Source of the DNA: Antedon mediterranea
Lineage: Eukaryota; Animalia; Echinodermata
Direction of reading: 5' to 3'
DNA: 64,000 bases
Assembly: GCF_964355755.1 (NCBI RefSeq)
Contig: NC_092671.1
Location: forward strand, 4,588,001 to 4,652,000
Positions 11,380 to 24,516 of this stretch are shown here, one piece after another. A program made the translations under genes and the position numbers. Numbering within the stretch: position 1 is the stretch's first letter; every line of letters begins with the position of its first letter. The notes beneath the pieces were generated by a model. It did not search any database, was not told the origin of the DNA, and saw only the letters and a program-made list of their open reading frames with translations.

Positions 11380-13959
11380 TTTACCACATAAAACACGGCG
11401 TTTGGCCGAACATACCGAGCGTATGGCTCTTGATAATGAGCTTGTGGCTCTTGATAATGAGCTTGTGGCTCAAGAGTAAGGTCTTTTACATTAAAATAGA
11501 TGTTTGTAACTTTGTTAGTTAACTAAGTACTGTATTAGTACTGGTATGTTAGATGATACTGTTTCGTTTTAAATTTCCTTGTCCTTTTTTTTTTTTTTTC
11601 TTTCTTGGTTTTGTTTGGGTGCTCCCATTTGCAATGGGTTCTGGCCTTTTTGGCACCCACGATTATAAGCATGTATCATTATATCATTATATTTTATTTT
11701 ATATTAATTTAAACTACTGTGTTAACTACAGTTTTGATTTCAATGTTTATGTTTCTATTCGATCAATTATTATTATACATGTTTAACCTGTAATTTAAAG
11801 GCAGAGAGTGAACCCACATTTCGTAGGGAAGATCAATTCTCTCGTAATTTTTATTGCTTCTCTACTTTGCGTCATTATCAAATAAAATGGCATTTGACAC
11901 TAAACTTGTTTCGTATTTTTGTGAGAGCCAGTTGTCACAAAATAATTTCTTCCGAGTAAAAATACCAAAGGAAGAATCGTTTGTGTCAATGGGTTTCACT
12001 CTATTAGTATAGTTTATCGGTCAGTTTCCCATGACTTTATGTAAACTGTTTGGATGGGATGACCATGAAGCTACCGATTTATGATATCCTCAGGGTAGAA
12101 TGGTATTCAAAGTATGACTGGTAAACTCATTAAATTCTAGGCGTGTGGTTTAATTCTGAAGCACGACATTCGCTTCATAACCGTCTCCGGACAAACATCG
12201 CATTTATTAAGTTTGATGTATAAAATAATTTCCCGCCTCCACCCCTTACTCCACCGGTGTTATTGTACGGTGTTTTATAAGTTTGGCCTTTTTGGCACCC
12301 ACGATTATAAGCATGTATCATTATATCATTATATTTTATTTTATATTAATTTAAACTACTGTGTTAACTACAGTTTTGATTTCAATGTTTATGTTTCTAT
12401 TCGATCAATTATTATTATTATACATGTTTAACCTGTAATTTAAGGGCAGAGAGTGAACCCACATTTCGTAGGGAAGATCAATTTTCTCGTAATTTTTATT
12501 GCTTCCCTACTTTGCGTCATTATCAAATAAAATGGCATTTGACACTAAACTTGTTTCGTATTTTTGTGAGAGCCAGTTGTCACAAATATTACAGTATTCA
12601 CAGAAAAACTGAAAATCCATATAATTGTACAAACTATTACGGATCTAGAAGGAGCACCCAATCCACTTCTTTGAAACCAGTAAGATCTACAAATTGCCAT
12701 ATAGCGTTCAACAGAAAGCCAGAAAATTGTTAAAAAGGCTGCAAGTATAGCACTAAAAGGAAGGTAACCTTGAAGTCCACAATCCAATTGCTTTCTACAT
12801 CATCAATACTATAATTTGATATCGGGATAAGTTCCTTAAAATTTCTCATTTCAATGGGCGTTGCAATTAAAAATATCGTATCAGCTATTGCCAAGTTTGC
12901 TAGATAAACGTACACTGATGTTCGTAGTTTACTTACTATAACGATAAATATCATTATGTTGCCGACAATACCAAAAAATATCACAATATGAATTGCATAC
13001 ATAAACACCATCTTTTCAACATCTGTATTCAGGAACATATCAATGATATCATCATATTGACTCGTATTAAACGTCGAATTCCCGTATTCAGAGTCCGGTA
13101 CATCATAAAATGATAAGTATTTTCTCTTGAATCTGACATCTTATTATTATTGAAAATGTTTACATTCATACTCTCTTCTCTCAGTTCAATTCTCAGTTCT
13201 ACCAATACAATAATTGAACTACTAATGTAGGCCTAATACCGGTTGGGAAGGTTACATTGCAATTCTTACTATATACACTAACTGGAAACTCCAACTCAAC
13301 GAAAGCTTATCTGAAAGCATCATGGGCTACGTTGTTATTATTATATATATTTTCTAAACAATAACCACCTATATCGATATTTTTGGCAATTTATTCCATT
13401 ACCTTCATAAAGTCCGGTCAATAATTGTTGTTTTTGTGATCCCACTTTTGTAGTGATTAATTTTGTTGCAGCTGTTTTCCTGGAACTTAATGATAATGTT
13501 TAAATTGTAGCACCACCAACACAGCATCATTGTTTTCGACATCGTCGTCAAAATCATCATCATCACCACCATCATCGTCATCATTATCATTGACTTTCAA
13601 ACAATTACTACGAGAATAAATGAGCAATTGTTTTATTGAGTGCAGAAATCAATGTAAACAGCATCATTACTTATTGGTAATGCAATTAATCTGCTTAATA
13701 TTTAATAATAATTAATTATGATTCATAATTCATTATTTTCCTTAGAATAATTACTTATTAATCCGTAAATAAATGAGTTAACATGACGCCAGCATATGTG
13801 TAAAAAAAAACCGAGTGCTTATCTGAAAGCTTCGTATAGTAGGTAATATCGTTATTAATGTATCAGAATATTTTTTTAAAACGAACCCATTTATTTTTTT
13901 AAATTTTGCTATGAAAAATATAAGTACCTAAGCAGGAATGAAAGTAACTACAACAATCA

Positions 13960-14330
13960 CACAGGTTCAGCGTAAAACATTGGCAGGCCTACAAGTTTCT
14001 CTAACTATTAGTTACCGTGTGTTCAGCGCACAACATTTGTACAAGTTTCTATACCTAAAGTGAAAGCGAGTTCAGCATCAAAAAAATGGTACAAGTTTCT
14101 AATATCTATAATAGTGACATTGAATTTAGCGTAATTGTACAGACAATAATTTCTGAATCTATAGCAAGTTCAGAGTGAAACAAATGTAACTTTCTATAAC
14201 ATTGAGTTATGCATAAAACAATTGGTACAAGTTTCTATAACTGTTGACAGTGAATGTGTAAAACATTAGTACAAGTTTATATAACTTGTGTACATACATA
14301 GATATAATGACAGTAAAACAATTGGAACAG
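13960..14330. repeat. Degenerate ~50-bp tandem repeat in the duplicated spacer
   Basis: Recurring GTTCAGCGTAAAACATT(G/T)GTACAAGTTTCTATA. Paralogous at ~21768-22200 and ~35960-36330. Confidence 0.6.
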
Positions 14331-14822
14331 TATATCATTTTATAGCTTGTCCACGCCGGACAATCTACTACCGTATTAGGCCTAATGTTTCTTTACTCTG
14401 AAATTATTGACTACATCCTTCCGCACAATAGAGTACAATACTTTGGTGTGTATCAACTACAATATTATTTACAATGAAAGTTGCTTTCATTTTATGATGC
14501 AAGGAATAAGACAATGGAACATAGCCAAAGAAATAATAGCCTACAACAAAAACAAAAATTATGTAGATTTTACAAAGTAATATTTGTAAACATTAATTGA
14601 ACAAACGTTTACATATATAAATGGATTACTAAATCAAATTTATAAACTGTCAGATAACGTTTAAAAGAAATTGTGAATATAGCCAATAGTAAAAGTAAGA
14701 AATCTCACGTTTGTAGCGAGATTGTTGAAGCTAGTAAATACAAAATTAGATTTACAATTCTGAAAAAGAAGTTTAAAACTTAATCTATTGTATATTTATT
14801 AATATACCTAATGGTAATAATT

Positions 14823-15799
14823 TTATTTATTATCTACTAATCTTTTTCTGAAGAAGACATCAACAAATGCCTGTCTAAAACTTTCATTAACTACATTGTA
14901 TATCAAAGGGTTTATAGACGAATTTATATATGTTAAAAACCAAAAAATATTCGATCCAAGAATATCAAACAAGTACATAATGCCAAATACATACACACAC
15001 TGGTGTAATGCAGAGAACATAAACAGTAACTGTCACAATAAATGTCCACAATATTTTCCTCTCAGATTTTGAACGTGGGTCCGTCTCGCATGGATTTGGC
15101 ACCGTGATGTTCTGAGATTTTTTTTAAATCATAAGGAAACATCCACAATTAGCAATATAGTCACTGTAAATTGTAGAATCCAAGACATTGTACAAAGTTT
15201 TTCGTAGCTTTGTTTAATAGTACATACAGTTGCATGGTTTGAGATATCATACATATCAGACCAAGCAAATATAATTGTATTCACAGACAAAATGAAAATC
15301 CATATAATTACACATACTTTCACAGATCTTGTGGGAGAACCAAATTCACTTGTTTTAAACTGATAAGGTCTACAAACTGCCATATAACGTTCAACAGAAA
15401 GCCAAAAAATCGTTAAAATGGCTACAAGCGCTGCACTACAGGAAAGTAAGTTAGCATTCCACACCACCAATTCCATTCTTCATCATAAATCGTATAAGGT
15501 ATTAGAACAAAATCCTCACCTTGTCCGATTTCAAAGACGGATATAATTAAAAACAATACATAAGCTATTGCCAAATTGGCTAGATACACGTACACTGATT
15601 TGCGCAGTTTACTCACTATTACGATAAATGTCATTATGTTTCCGATCATACCAAAGGCGGTCACAATATGAATCACATTTTTAAACACCATCTTCTCAAA
15701 ATCTCTCCGTAGGAACATATCTATGACAGCATCATACTGACTGGTGTTGAACATTGAATTCCCGTGTTCATAAACCGGTTCACCTTCTGAAATTGACAT
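14823..15799 (-). pseudogene. GPCR type C pseudogene
   Basis: Three ORF pieces (15422-15799, 15129-15476, 14823-15020) match the intact 22691-23734 copy. It has frameshifts, internal deletions and a TM2 D to Y change. Confidence 0.88.
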
Positions 15800-16607
15800 T
15801 TAAATATTTAGATATGTTGTTTTCTGCTTCGACAAAATTAAAACAGCAACCAACGACGAATGGAATACCAATTCGCGGGGTAACTAAATTTGCTGTTGAC
15901 GTGTTAAAAATAGGCCTACTGTTGCAAAGATTACCACTTTTGTGGGTTACTAAAATGCAACTAAAGATGTTTAAAACGTTTACACCACGACTGTACCAAG
16001 TTAATCTGGGAAACGATTTGCTAAAAACAAAAAACGGACGTAAACTGTGTGACCTTTGAACTTAGTTCATTTTATAAACTATGTACAGGTATATGATCAC
16101 AAGTTACCACAAAACTTAAAACAGTACTTCTTTCCCTTTTCTTTTAATTTTACTGCAGAAAACGTCACATCACACGTGCAGGTAAGTATTGACCAATAAT
16201 ATAACAAGAGACGACTTGAACGATAATATGAATTCTTATTCTTCGCAAACAAATCTGCTTCTTTCTCTAATCAACGCAATATCTGAGTTGCGTGTAATTG
16301 TATTCAGTGGTAGTTAATATATAATTCCGTGTAGAAATTTCCTTTTTAAAGAAATATCATCTCTTCTAGCTATATGTCTAAAACATCGTAAGTGTCAGTG
16401 AGTTGATTTTGTTCAGCGGGGTTTTCTTTGCAAATATTTCTACATCAGTTATTTGCATACAGATGAATAGCATTCTACGTAAACGCCATAATCAGTCAAA
16501 CATTATTTTTTATCAAGCTTCCAAGTTTCATACCGCAGCAAAAGATGTGAATATTATTATTTAGCGATAACGATGATACGTACCAATTAATCATAAAATA
16601 CATCATT

Positions 16608-17663
16608 TTATTTCCTTCGAATTTTCTTGTAGAAAACGTCAACAAATGCTTGTCTAAAACTTTCATTCACTACATTATATATTAAAGGATTTACAGATGA
16701 ATTAAACAACGATCCCGTACGAGAAATTGAGGGCCAAACTGCATCGGATTCAAGAATATTAAAAAAGTATAGTATTGTACACACAATATACGGTGATATG
16801 CATACAAAATAAACTATGACTGTCACAAAAATTGTCCAGAGTATTTTTTTCTCAGATTTAGAACATAAGTTGGTTTCACATGAAGTCGGCACGATTTTGC
16901 TTGACTTTCTTAATGAATAAAACATGAGCAAATATAAAACTAACATAATCACAATTAACACCATAAAAATCGTAAATTGCAGTGTCCACAAAATTCTACA
17001 AAGTTTATAGTAGGTTGGCTTAATAAGACATATAGTTGAACGATTTGAGATACCTCTATACATATCTGGCCAAGGAAAATTGACGGTTGCTCGATACTTG
17101 TAAACAAATACTACAGCATTCACCGGAAAACTGAAAATCCATATAATTGTACAGACTATTACTGATCTCGAGAGAGTACCAAACTTACTTTCTTGAAACT
17201 GATAAGGTCTACAAACTGCCATATAACGTTCAATGGAAAGCCATAAAATGGTTAAAATGGCAACATCTGCAGCAATAAAAAGGAGGTAAGCTGGTAGTCC
17301 ACACAACACATTCTTTTGTACATCATCAATTATGGTATACTTTTTTGGCAATAGAATTAGTTCCTTATGTGTGCTCATATCAATGGGTGACACGATTAGA
17401 TATAACGTATCAGCTATTGCCAAATTGGCTAGATACACGTACACTGATTTGCGCAGTTTACTTACTATTACAAAAAATGCCATTATGTTGCTGATAATAC
17501 CAAAAGCGATGATAATATTGATTACATAATTAAGCAACATCATCTCAAAATCTCTGTCCAGGTACATACGAATGACATCATCATATTGGCTCGTGTTAGA
17601 TGTTGAATTCATGTATTCAGATTCCGGTAAATGATATGATGTATTGTCAGCTGAAATTGACAT
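16608..17663 (-). CDS. Intronless class A GPCR, type D/A mosaic
   Basis: 351 aa. SN in place of GN in TM1; LAIAD, ERY, CISP, NPLIY. Confidence 0.92.
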   Translation of the reverse strand: MSISADNTSYHLPESEYMNSTSNTSQYDDVIRMYLDRDFEMMLLNYVINIIIAFGIISNIMAFFVIVSKLRKSVYVYLANLAIADTLYLIVSPIDMSTHKELILLPKKYTIIDDVQKNVLCGLPAYLLFIAADVAILTILWLSIERYMAVCRPYQFQESKFGTLSRSVIVCTIIWIFSFPVNAVVFVYKYRATVNFPWPDMYRGISNRSTICLIKPTYYKLCRILWTLQFTIFMVLIVIMLVLYLLMFYSLRKSSKIVPTSCETNLCSKSEKKILWTIFVTVIVYFVCISPYIVCTILYFFNILESDAVWPSISRTGSLFNSSVNPLIYNVVNESFRQAFVDVFYKKIRRK

Positions 17664-18479
17664 CTTGCTATTTATTTATGTCCACATTCATATTCTCATC
17701 ATCTCCTCAATTACATATAAGCAATCAATCAAAATAAATTGTATTCCATAGAAAATATAAAGCTAATAAAAGTAAACAATTACGATGGTATGGTAGAGTT
17801 ACTCACTTGTGGAGTGACCACCACGGAGTGATAAAACACTGTCCGTTTACAAAGTAGTGGTCTGCGGCAATACGGTAAAGATGATCAACCAGTTAACACC
17901 ACTTTATATAATAAAGTCATCTGGAAAAAGTTTTGTTTACTAAAAACCGGAACTGACTATTACACGCGGTCAACGGCTCCTACTTAGCAATACTACCTGA
18001 CCACGTTTATTCACGTATAGGCCTCAGTAACAAAGTTTATCTGATCTGGTAAATGGTGTTTCTATTATAAGGCGGGCGTGCCAATTGCAAACAAATTTGT
18101 AATGAGACGTACATACGATTTCTGGTAAATAATTTAATCTTTTTTAAAACTAAGTGGAGATTATTAATGTAGAGATTGATACGGACATTGCCTAATGCTA
18201 AAGTGAATCGTTTATTGTACCTTTGTATAGGAATAGTGTATTGTGTGTTACGCAAATGAACTTATTATAGCGCCAACATATTACACAAACTTGTACAGAA
18301 ACAAAAATGTTTTTTGTACACATCATATCATTAGTGGAAACTCCAAGTAACCCATTTTTACTTATAACTTTGTTTGGAATATCAAATTCTCCAATTGTGC
18401 TGTAATAAACTTGTGTGTTTGGGTGTCCATGTAGGGCCTACAGGGACATTGTTAAGAATGCCCCCTAAATGGTTCATGA

Positions 18480-18790
18480 CTCGCATCTGAAATTGTCTAC
18501 TCCGCCGACGTCATAACCAATAACGAAACTAAGACATATATTGGTATGACGGGTGGGCAGTTTAAAACTATAGGTTTAACAATCACAAGAAATCTTTCAA
18601 AAAAGAAACGTACAGTAAAGAATCCGAGCTCTCAAAGTACGTATGGTCTTTGAAAAGTAATGACGTAATGTTCACAATTAAATGGAAAGTAATTAAATAT
18701 TCCTCCACTAAGAACGCCGCTTATGGGCGTTGTAGTCTTTGTCTAGATGAAAAGCTATGTATTCTAAATGCAAACAAAACAAATTACACC
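18480..18790 (+). mobile_element. Penelope-like retroelement GIY-YIG endonuclease remnant
   Basis: Broken frame IVYSADV...TYIGMT...RFNNHKKSF...ELSKYVWSLK...IKWKVI...RCSLCLDEKLCI. Confidence 0.7.
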
Positions 18791-18862
18791 ATTTCTAGGT
18801 ACATTTTGTGATCCCACTTTTGTAGTGATTAATTTTGTTGCAGCTGTTTTCCTGGAACTTAA

Positions 18863-21307
18863 AGATGTATTGTCCCCCTGAAAAAAAATTTTTTTTCAAT
18901 ATTTTTGTTGAATAGGCAATTTTAATTGCACATAAAAGTTATTCACTTTGACCTCAATTTGGATTGAAAAAAATAATTTTTTACACGGGAAAATCGCAAT
19001 TTAATGCAAAAATTAACCAACCGGAAGCTATTTGTCTGAGACAAATGTGTTCCGGTTTAATTTAACCCTTGACCTGAGTTAGCTCATAAATATTCATATT
19101 GTATGGATACATCATGTGGATGATGATGCTTTCCAAATCAACAGCCAACAACGATAGCAATGCGTGCGTGCGAGAGAGTCGAGTAGTGATGCGAGACGAA
19201 TCTTGAAGAAAACACGAAAACTATAGCTAGCAGAATGCTAAGTTAGAATTACAGTTAGTAACTTTGATGTTGAATCTTATTCATTTAGGTGAGTTTTTGT
19301 TTCGCTAACAGGAGAGGCCTAGCTAGGCCTAGGCCCGAATTTGCTGCTACTGTACTACTAGTCTACTACTACTAGCACTGACAGTCTCGAGTAGCCTAAA
19401 CTGCTGCCTACTTCTGTCTCTAGAAGTAGAGTGTAGTAGGCCTAGGCAGTACACTGCTAGCTAGGGCTACAGTAGACCACCACCAGAAAGGATGTATTTT
19501 TGTTTCTATCATGATGAATTGGTTTAATTTTTAAAGATTTCAACTATCTATTCGGCAGTGAAAATTTAAAAAAAAAGAAAATCTAAATATTGTTTTGGAT
19601 GTTTTACTGATGCAATATTTTAAAAATATTTTCTTTATCAAATGCAATAGGTTCAAATTAACATTCCGCAAATAAACATTTTATGCAGATATTTTGACAC
19701 AAATTTCTTTTTTTTTAGGTTGATTGATTGAACAATAAGAGCAAGTAGTGAGAAACATAAAATGTATCGTACAGTGGCAACATTCACAATTTATTGAAAC
19801 GTTTCTTACTATTAAAATGACACTTTGTAATGGATGTGAGCGATCTTAGAAGACTATAGCTGTCGTAATTACTGCCACAATCAACAAATTGATAATTAGT
19901 AGACAAATTGACACAAAAAACAATACAGGAATTCAATAAGATATACTGTATATATATATTTTATTAACTCCTTTTGCACTGTAATATTTACAGTAAAATT
20001 ATGAAGTGTAAGTAAATTTGAAGAATTTATCCTGTGTACTGTTGTAGTAGTTTTTTTTTATTTATTGAATGTTATGTTTACAAAATAATATACTGTACAT
20101 ATAATACAAACAAAATTATACAATATTTTACAAGCTGGACAAGAACATATTGGCCGAATGCAGCAGGAGAGTCGGAAATATTTTTCCTGCAATATCCAAT
20201 CATATTCCAATACCGAGTCTATCATTGTTGTCTTTGGGTGACCTCTGTTCCAGTCTTCATCAACGTCTTTAAAAAAAGTAAAAGCAAAGTATGAAAATCT
20301 GGAAAAAATAGATCATGCATATTTAGTGCAAAATTGTGCTAGTGAAATTGCTTACTTTGACATATAGTCAAATAAGTACATATACTACCTTTCTATGGTA
20401 ATTAAAACACATTACTTATAATGTTATAACTTATAAAAAGAGAAAATAAATATTTGACTTACTACAGTACAGAGAACATTTGTTTGTGTTGTAAAATGGC
20501 TAAGCTGGCTTTTCCCCTCTGTCTACTTGTACAGTGCTGCTGGAAGGTTCTCCATTTCAGGCTTGTATTGCAACCATTTTCCCTGAAAAATGTTTGTTTT
20601 ATTTTTATCATAAAAATTAGTTAAACAAGCTTCAACTGTAAATATATATGGTACAGCAAGCTGGCTGTATTTTCGGAATGTAGCTAAGATTGATGGCATA
20701 TAGCCTAGGCCAGTCTATGAAGAGTACAATGTATAGGGCCTAGCTGGGCATCTTCTGCAGGGACCTGATTGTCACAGTCTGCTTGCTACTAGCCTAGTAA
20801 TATGCAGCAGCATGTATTAATTATTCTAGGCCTAGCCCTGAACTGAAAAAATCCCAGGCTAAGTTAATTAATTTACCTTCCTGTTATTATTGCGTTATAT
20901 ATATTATTATATCTAAAATAACCGTCTAGGCCTACTTACCGACAAATTAACAGCTCAGCTTTACATATTTATACGATCAGGCCAGGGAAACCCACAGTCG
21001 AGTAGCGTCGATCTCTGGTGGTGTTGTTGTACAACGTGCATCGTCCATTGTTAGATCAGATCTCTGCTGTGTGGATGCTCATTAACATATCATGCATATG
21101 TATGAGTTAGCTCTACCGGCCTAATTTCTGAGCCGACGAGTTCGAAAAAATGGTAAACTTATTTTGATTTTTTTATAAGCGAAATCAATATTTTTTTCGG
21201 ATTTTTTTTCGGTGGAAGTGAATAACTTTATGTTAACTACAAAACGGTCTATTCAAAATTTGATTTTTTCCATCTTTATTTTTCATTTTTTGGGGGACAA
21301 TACATCT
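18863..21307. mobile_element. Non-autonomous Kolobok-like DNA transposon
   Basis: TIR AGATGTATTGTCCCCC / GGGGGACAATACATCT with TTAA duplicated on both sides. The empty site CCTGGAACTTAATGATAATG is present at ~13480 and ~35481. No transposase ORF. Confidence 0.82.
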
Positions 21308-21925
21308 TTAATGATAATGTTTAAATGGTAGCACCACCAACACAGCATCATTGTTTTCGTCATCGTCGTCAAAATCATCATCATCACCACCATCATCGTC
21401 ATCATTATCATTGACTTTCAAACAATTACTACGAGAATAAATGAGCAATTGTTTTATTGCGTGCAGAAATCAATGTAAACAGCATCATTACTTATTGGTA
21501 ATGCAATTAATATTTAATAATAATTAATTATGATTCATAATTCATTATTTTCCTTAGAATAATTACTTATTAATCCGTAAATAAATGAGTTAACATGACG
21601 CCGGCATATGTGAAAAAAGGTGCTTATCTGAAAGCTTCGTATAGTAGGTAATATCGTTATCAATGTATAAGAATATTTTTAAAAACGAACCGATTTATTT
21701 TTTGTTAATTTTGCTATCAAAAATATAAGTACCTAAGCAGGAATGAATGTAACTACAACAATCACACAGGTTCAGCGTAAAACATTGGAAGGCCTAAGAG
21801 TTTCTCTAACTATTAGTTACCGTGTGTTCAGCGCACAACATTTGTACAAGTTTCTATACCTAAAGTGAAAATGAGTTCAGCATCAAAATATGGTACAAGT
21901 TTCTATATCTATAATAGTGACATTG

Positions 21926-22010
21926 AATTTAGCGTAATTGTACGTAATTTAGCGTAATTGTACGTAATTAAGCGTAATTGTACGTAATTTAGCGTAATTG
22001 TACGTAATTT
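21926..22010. repeat. 20-bp tandem repeat, about 4 copies
   Basis: AGCGTAATTGTACGTAATTT repeated here but single in the paralogous spacers. Confidence 0.85.
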
Positions 22011-22690
22011 CTGAATCTATAACGAGTTCAGAGTGAAACAAAGGTAACATTTTCTAAAACCAGTGACAATGAGTTATGCATAAAACAATTGGTACAAGTT
22101 TCTGTTGACAGTGAGTGTGTAAAACATTAGTACAAGTTTATATAACTTGTGTACATACTTCATATAGATTATAATGACAGCAAAACAATTGGAACAGTAT
22201 ATCATTTTTATAGCTTGGCCACGCCGGACAATCTACTATTAACCCTTTCTTTACTTCTGAAATTATTTACCACATCCTTCCGCACAATAGAGTAGGCCTA
22301 CAATACAATACTACAATATTATTTACAATGAAATTTACTTTCATTTTATGATGCAAGGAATAACACAATGAAACATAAGCAAAGAAAGAATAGCCTACAA
22401 CCTTTCGTAATACAAACATTATATAGATTTAATAAAATAATATTTTAAAACAATAATTCAACAAACGTTTACAGATCTAAATGGATTACTAAATCAAATT
22501 TATAAACTGTCAGATAACGTTTAAAAGAAATTGTGAGTATAGCCAATAGTAAAAGTAAGAAATCTCACCTTTGTAGCGAAATTGTTGAAGCCAGTAAATA
22601 CAAAATTAGATTAGAAAAAGAAGTTTAAAACTAAATCTACTGTATAATATTTAGTAAGCTTAAGTAAGTGTCACCTAAATGGTGGTAATT

Positions 22691-23734
22691 TTATTTATTA
22701 TCTACTAATCTTTTTCTGAAGAAGACATCAACAAATGCTTGTCTAAAACTTTCATTAACTACATTATATATCAAAGGGTTTATAGACGAATTTATATATA
22801 TTCCAAAACGACACATAGTGAAAAACAAAAAAATATTCGATCCAAGAATATCAAACAAGTACATAATGCCAAACACATACATTGGTGTAATGCAGATAAC
22901 ATAAGCTGTAACTGTCACAAAAACCGTCCACAATATCTTCCTCTCAGATTTTGATCGTGGGTCAGTATCGCCTGGATTTGGCACCGTGATGTTCTGGGAT
23001 TTTCTTAAAGAATAGATCATAAGGAAACATACAACTAAGATAACCACAATTAGCAATACAGTGACTGTAAATTGTAGAATCCAAGAAATTGTACAAAGTT
23101 GTTCGTAGCTTTCCTTAATAATACATACAGTTGCACGATTTGAGACATCACTATACATATCAGGCCATGGAAAAGTGATGGTTGCTCGATACCTATAAGC
23201 AAATATTACTGAGTTCACAGACAAACTGAACATCCATATAATTGCACATACTTTCACGGATCTTGAGAGAGAACCAAATTTACTTGTTTTAAACTGATAA
23301 GGTCTACAAACTGCCATATAACGTTCAACAGAAAGCCAAGAGATCGTTAAAATTGCTACAAGCGCTGCACTACAAGGAATGTAAGTTAGCATTCCACACC
23401 ACCAATTCCTTTCTTCATCATAAATCGTATAAGGTATTTGAACAAAATCCTCACCTTGTCCGATTTCAAAGACCGATATAATTAAAAACAATGCATCTGC
23501 TATTGCCAAATTGGCTAGATAAACGTACACTGATTTGCGCAGTTTACTAACTATTACGATAAATGTCATTATGTTTCCGATAATACCAAAGGCGGCCACA
23601 ATATAAATCACATTTTTAAACACCATCTTCTCAAAATCTCTCCGTAGGAACATATCTATGACATCAACATACTGACTGGTGTTGAACGTTGAATTTCCGT
23701 GTTCATAAACCAGTTCACCTTCTGAAATTGACAT
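22691..23734 (-). CDS. Intronless class A GPCR, type C (intact)
   Basis: 347 aa. GN, LAIAD, ERY, CITP, NPLIY. Confidence 0.93.
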   Translation of the reverse strand: MSISEGELVYEHGNSTFNTSQYVDVIDMFLRRDFEKMVFKNVIYIVAAFGIIGNIMTFIVIVSKLRKSVYVYLANLAIADALFLIISVFEIGQGEDFVQIPYTIYDEERNWWCGMLTYIPCSAALVAILTISWLSVERYMAVCRPYQFKTSKFGSLSRSVKVCAIIWMFSLSVNSVIFAYRYRATITFPWPDMYSDVSNRATVCIIKESYEQLCTISWILQFTVTVLLIVVILVVCFLMIYSLRKSQNITVPNPGDTDPRSKSERKILWTVFVTVTAYVICITPMYVFGIMYLFDILGSNIFLFFTMCRFGIYINSSINPLIYNVVNESFRQAFVDVFFRKRLVDNK

Positions 23735-24516
23735 TATTTAAATATTCAGAATTGTTGTTTTCTGCTTCGACAAAATTAAAACAGCAACCAACGACGAATG
23801 TAATACCAATTCGCGAGGTGGCTAGATTTGTTCTTGACGTGTCAAAAATAGGTCCACTTTTGTGGGTTACCAAAATGCAATTAAAGATGTTCAAATGTTT
23901 ACACCACGACTGTACCAAGCTAATCTGGCAAACGATTTGCTACAAACAAGAAACGGACGTGAACTTTGTGACCTTTGAACTTAGTTCATTTTATAAACTA
24001 TATGTACAGGTATATAATCACAAGTTACCACAAAACCTAATACAGTACTTCCTTTCCATTTCTTTTAAATTTACTGCAGAAAACGTCACATCACACGTGC
24101 AGGTAAGTATTGACCAATAACAAGAGACGGCTTGAACGATAATATGAATTCTTATTCTTCGCAAACAAATCTGCTTAGGCTTTCTCTAATCAACGCAACA
24201 TCTGAGTTGCGTGTAATTGTATTCATTAGCAGTTAATATATAATTCCGTGTAAAAATGTCCTTTCAAAAGAAATACCATATCTTCTAGCTATATGTCTAA
24301 AACATCGTAAGTGTTAGTGAGTTGATTTTGTTCAGCGGGGTTTTCTTTGCAACTATTTTTAAATATAGGCATCAGTTATTTTCATACTCCCATTATGATT
24401 AGTAGCATCCTACGCCAACACCATAATCAGTCAAACATTATTTGTTATCAAGCATCCAAGTTTCACCGCAGCAAAAGATGTGAATATTATTTAGCGCTAA
24501 CGATGATACGTACCAA

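Larger units (their letters stand above)
7081..12586 (+). mobile_element. Full-length tyrosine-recombinase retrotransposon (DIRS order, Ngaro-like) with split direct repeats
   Basis: Order gag, RT/RNase H, tyrosine recombinase, with no methyltransferase seen. Repeats A1 7081-7214, B1 ~11642-11941, A2 11937-12070, B2 ~12284-12586. Confidence 0.92.
6585..13169 (-). pseudogene. GPCR type B copy 1, split by the Ngaro element
   Basis: The 3' half (6585-7085) and 5' half (12582-13169) rejoin at ACAAA. It also has a 1-bp frameshift near 12781 and an in-frame deletion in TM6 (KILWIYV vs KILWTIFVTVAVY). Confidence 0.88.

Noticed and set aside
11553-12431. Two similar hydrophobic ORFs (11553-11786, 12213-12431)
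   Set aside because: They are incidental frames in the B1/B2 terminal repeats.
13405-13590. Met-rich ORF repeated at 35407-35592
   Set aside because: It is a translation of a (CAT)n-like microsatellite in a duplicated spacer, and it is interrupted by the Kolobok-like element in the third copy.
15754-16059. Plus-strand ORF with a paralogue at 23689-24120
   Set aside because: The frames diverge between the copies, the starts are non-ATG and no domain is recognisable. This is duplicated non-coding upstream DNA.
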